IMG/VR virus record: IMGVR_UViG_3300046411_000702 | Span: 1 to 50,057 of that record | Origin: a virus | Lineage: Duplodnaviria > Caudoviricetes | Length of the DNA: 50,057 bases | Reading direction: 5' to 3' (one strand) | Shown: positions 47,575-50,057 of the stretch, piece by piece | Layout of the letters: every line of letters begins with the position of its first letter | How positions within the stretch are numbered: the stretch's first letter is position 1 | Notes under the pieces: generated by a model | Databases searched by the model: none | The model's input: only the letters and a program-made list of their open reading frames with translations | Told to the model about the DNA's origin: nothing | Made by a program: the position numbers and the translations under genes

Positions 47575-49610
47575 TGGGTATTTTTGATAACATAAAAAAT
47601 GTATTTACATCTACAACCTACGAAACAAAGCAATCACCAATGGTAATGATGCAAAACGTAGGATATGGATATTCTAGGAAAGATAAATATGAAGATTATT
47701 CAAAAGAAGGTTATCAAGAAAACGCTATAGTTTATAGGTGTATAAACGAAATATCAAATGGTGCTTCTTCTATACCATTTAAAATATTTGATGGTGATAT
47801 TGAACTTGATGAACACCCATTAAAAGACTTGTTGATGCGACCTAACCCTATGATGGCAGGAGTAGAATACTTTCAAGCATTATACTCCCACCTTTTATTA
47901 AGTGGTAATTCATACGCTACAAAAACAGAAATAAACAATCAGCCAACAGAACTTCATCTTTTAAGACCAGATAGAATGAGAATAGTTGCAAGTAAAACTA
48001 ATATTCCTAGAGCATATGAATATGTATTGAATGGTAAAGTCGTTCAAAGCTATGATATAGATGAGGAAACAGGTAGAAGCGATGTCAAGCATTTTAAAAT
48101 GTGGGCACCCATGGACGATTATTATGGTTGTTCTCCTATGATGCCTGCTTCAGTAAACATTGACCAACATAACGCTAGTGCAAAACATAATTATAATCTT
48201 TTAAATAATGGAGCAAGACCAAGTGGTGCTATAGTATTTAAGCCCAAAGATGAGTCAGGAATGAGTATTCAATTAAGTGAAAGTCAAAGACAACAACTTA
48301 TGTCAGACTTAGAAATGAGGTTTACAGGCAATCATAATGCAGGTAGAGCCATGTTACTTGAAGGCGATTTTGATTGGAAAGAGATGGGTTTAGCCCCAAA
48401 AGATATGGATTTTATTGAATTAAAAAATATGGCTTCAAGAGAAATAGCATTATGTTTTGGTGTTCCTAGTCAATTAGTGGGTGTTCCAGATAATCAAACA
48501 TATAACAATGTAGCTGAGGCTAGACTTGCATTATATGAGGAAACTATAATTCCATTAGCGAAAAGACTTGAAAGCGATTTAAATGAATGGTTAGCACCCT
48601 CATTCAATGAAAATGTAAGAATTCAATATGATATAGACTCAATACCTGCGATGGCAGAAAGACGTAAAAGAATATACGAAAACGTAGTGCAAGCTGTAAG
48701 AGAAGGCATTATAAGTAGAAACGAAGCAAGAGATAGACTAGGATATGAGCCAGTAGATGGTGGAGATGAAGTCTATATAAGTGCTAATTTATTTCCTCTT
48801 GGCTCTCCAAGTATAAGTGATGAAGAACAACCATCAGAAAAACAAGCAAGGGAGCTTTATCAAGAGGAAGAAGATACATGGGAGATAGATGATGAAAGCA
48901 AAGCAGAATCAGACATTGATACTCAACCTACTGAAGCTATGGCAAACGAAGCTAAAAGAGGTCTTGACTGGCGTAAAGAATACAATCGTGGAGGCACGGA
49001 AGTGGGTGTCGCAAGGGCTGTTCAGTTGGTTAATAGGGAGAACCTATCTCATAGAACGATTAAGAGAATGCACTCTTTTTTCTCAAGACACGAAGTTGAC
49101 AAGCAAGCTGAAGGTTTTGGAAAGGGAGAGGAAGGCTATCCGTCAGCAGGAAGAATTGCGTGGGCACTCTGGGGAGGTGACTCAGGGCAATCGTGGGCGA
49201 AAAGGAAAACAAGCGAAATCAATCGTGAAGAAGAAGAAAAAAGGGAAATAGAGCCATTAGCTACTGTAGATACATTAATTGATGACATTAAAGTATCAAT
49301 TAGTGCAAAAGTAAAAGAAGGGCTAAAAAATAAAGTTAAAGAACATAATGATAAACACGGAGATAAAAAAGGAAAACGTGTTACCCAAAGAATGTTAGAG
49401 GCAGTATTCAGAAGAGGGGTTGGTGCTTATAATACTAATCCACAATCAGTTAGACCAAGCGTGAGAGCAAGTGGTGGAAGTGATAGATGGGCTTATGCTC
49501 GTGTAAATGCTTTTTTATACGCTGTAAGGTCAGGTAAATACAGAGGAGGAAAGTTTGACAGAGACTTATTACCATCAGGGCATCCTCTCAAATCTTCAAA
49601 AAAAGACTAG
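47574..49610 (+). CDS. HK97-family portal protein with about 270-aa C-terminal extension
   Basis: VYRC, RPNP, NGARPSG, FGVP..G, NEAR..LG; extra domains after about residue 410. Confidence 0.92.
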   Translation: MGIFDNIKNVFTSTTYETKQSPMVMMQNVGYGYSRKDKYEDYSKEGYQENAIVYRCINEISNGASSIPFKIFDGDIELDEHPLKDLLMRPNPMMAGVEYFQALYSHLLLSGNSYATKTEINNQPTELHLLRPDRMRIVASKTNIPRAYEYVLNGKVVQSYDIDEETGRSDVKHFKMWAPMDDYYGCSPMMPASVNIDQHNASAKHNYNLLNNGARPSGAIVFKPKDESGMSIQLSESQRQQLMSDLEMRFTGNHNAGRAMLLEGDFDWKEMGLAPKDMDFIELKNMASREIALCFGVPSQLVGVPDNQTYNNVAEARLALYEETIIPLAKRLESDLNEWLAPSFNENVRIQYDIDSIPAMAERRKRIYENVVQAVREGIISRNEARDRLGYEPVDGGDEVYISANLFPLGSPSISDEEQPSEKQARELYQEEEDTWEIDDESKAESDIDTQPTEAMANEAKRGLDWRKEYNRGGTEVGVARAVQLVNRENLSHRTIKRMHSFFSRHEVDKQAEGFGKGEEGYPSAGRIAWALWGGDSGQSWAKRKTSEINREEEEKREIEPLATVDTLIDDIKVSISAKVKEGLKNKVKEHNDKHGDKKGKRVTQRMLEAVFRRGVGAYNTNPQSVRPSVRASGGSDRWAYARVNAFLYAVRSGKYRGGKFDRDLLPSGHPLKSSKKD

Positions 49611-49672
49611 GTTGAATCATACCTGAACTGTTTGTTTCGTTTCTCTGAGGGCTTCTGAGGAGGTTTTATTTC

Positions 49673-50057
49673 ATGGAATTATTGATAATACAGCGAAAAG
49701 CGAATGGAAGACTTGTTTCGCCAAGAAAAGAGCTTATTGAACAAACAAGAATAAGATCAAGACTTGAAAGTAAATTTTATACTAAATTATTGAAAATATT
49801 TATTCTTATAGGAGACAAAGTATCTGATGATATTTTACAAGGTCAGATAAATCCTAAATCATTAGAAAGAATAGAGCCTCTTATAGGTGATGAGCTAATT
49901 AAACATTACAGAGAAGTAATGCAAATATTTACTGAAAGAAGCTTATCACTTTTTACAAACCTTAAAAGAAGACAAAGAACATTTGAGGAATATGTTCAAA
50001 GCTACATAAGAGAAGTTGGTGGAATGAAAATTACTTCAATTAGTAATACATCAAGAA
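49673..50057 (+). CDS. MuF minor head protein, N-terminal part (continues at base 30)
   Basis: GGAGG SD, ATG 49673, open frame to the window end and in frame with 38-1261. Confidence 0.85.
   Translation, partial: MELLIIQRKANGRLVSPRKELIEQTRIRSRLESKFYTKLLKIFILIGDKVSDDILQGQINPKSLERIEPLIGDELIKHYREVMQIFTERSLSLFTNLKRRQRTFEEYVQSYIREVGGMKITSISNTSR
50029..50057. repeat. Terminal direct repeat, right copy
   Basis: Identical to bases 1-29. Confidence 0.95.

Noticed and set aside
48889-49251. 120-aa alternate-frame ORF in the portal extension
   Set aside because: Fully nested, and the main frame is continuous and more protein-like.
1-50057. Stop-codon reassignment, tRNA genes, introns or inteins
   Set aside because: Genes tile densely in the standard code with all three stops used; I saw no cloverleaf or interrupted conserved gene, though tRNAscan was not run.

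Overview
The window is an apparently complete, circularly assembled ~50 kb, AT-rich, HK97-type siphovirus genome. Bases 1-29 equal bases 50029-50057, and the MuF head-morphogenesis ORF reads through the join. Gene order: terminase, portal, MuF, a small inverted early island, protease, capsid, a ~10.5 kb array of paralogous fibre proteins, head-tail connectors, tail tube, G/GT chaperones, tape measure, tail tip, lysis, early accessory genes, recombination (Sak3-like, PD-(D/E)XK nuclease), replication (initiator, primase-helicase) and a five-gene DNA-modification cluster. I see no integrase, DNA polymerase, tRNA or CRISPR. The GTA-like tail genes and fibre types suggest a marine alphaproteobacterial host (inference only). 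Main observations: (1) a ParB / TET-JBP dioxygenase / SAM-methyltransferase-like / aGPT-Pplase2 amino acid:DNA transferase / P-loop kinase operon implying post-replicative thymine hypermodification, possibly a new methylated base; (2) an apparently near-total purge of YCGR, GCGC, CCNGG, GCNGC, GGCC and RGATCY, strong enough to remove Pro-Gly and almost all Ala-Ala from the proteome; (3) a repeated early promoter with a conserved +1 box, and a structured intergenic RNA candidate carrying the complement of that box; (4) a MuF-metallopeptidase toxin-like fusion next to stand-alone YodL- and ArdC-like genes. All family calls come from motif recognition by eye and all motif counts from manual scanning; no searches were run.
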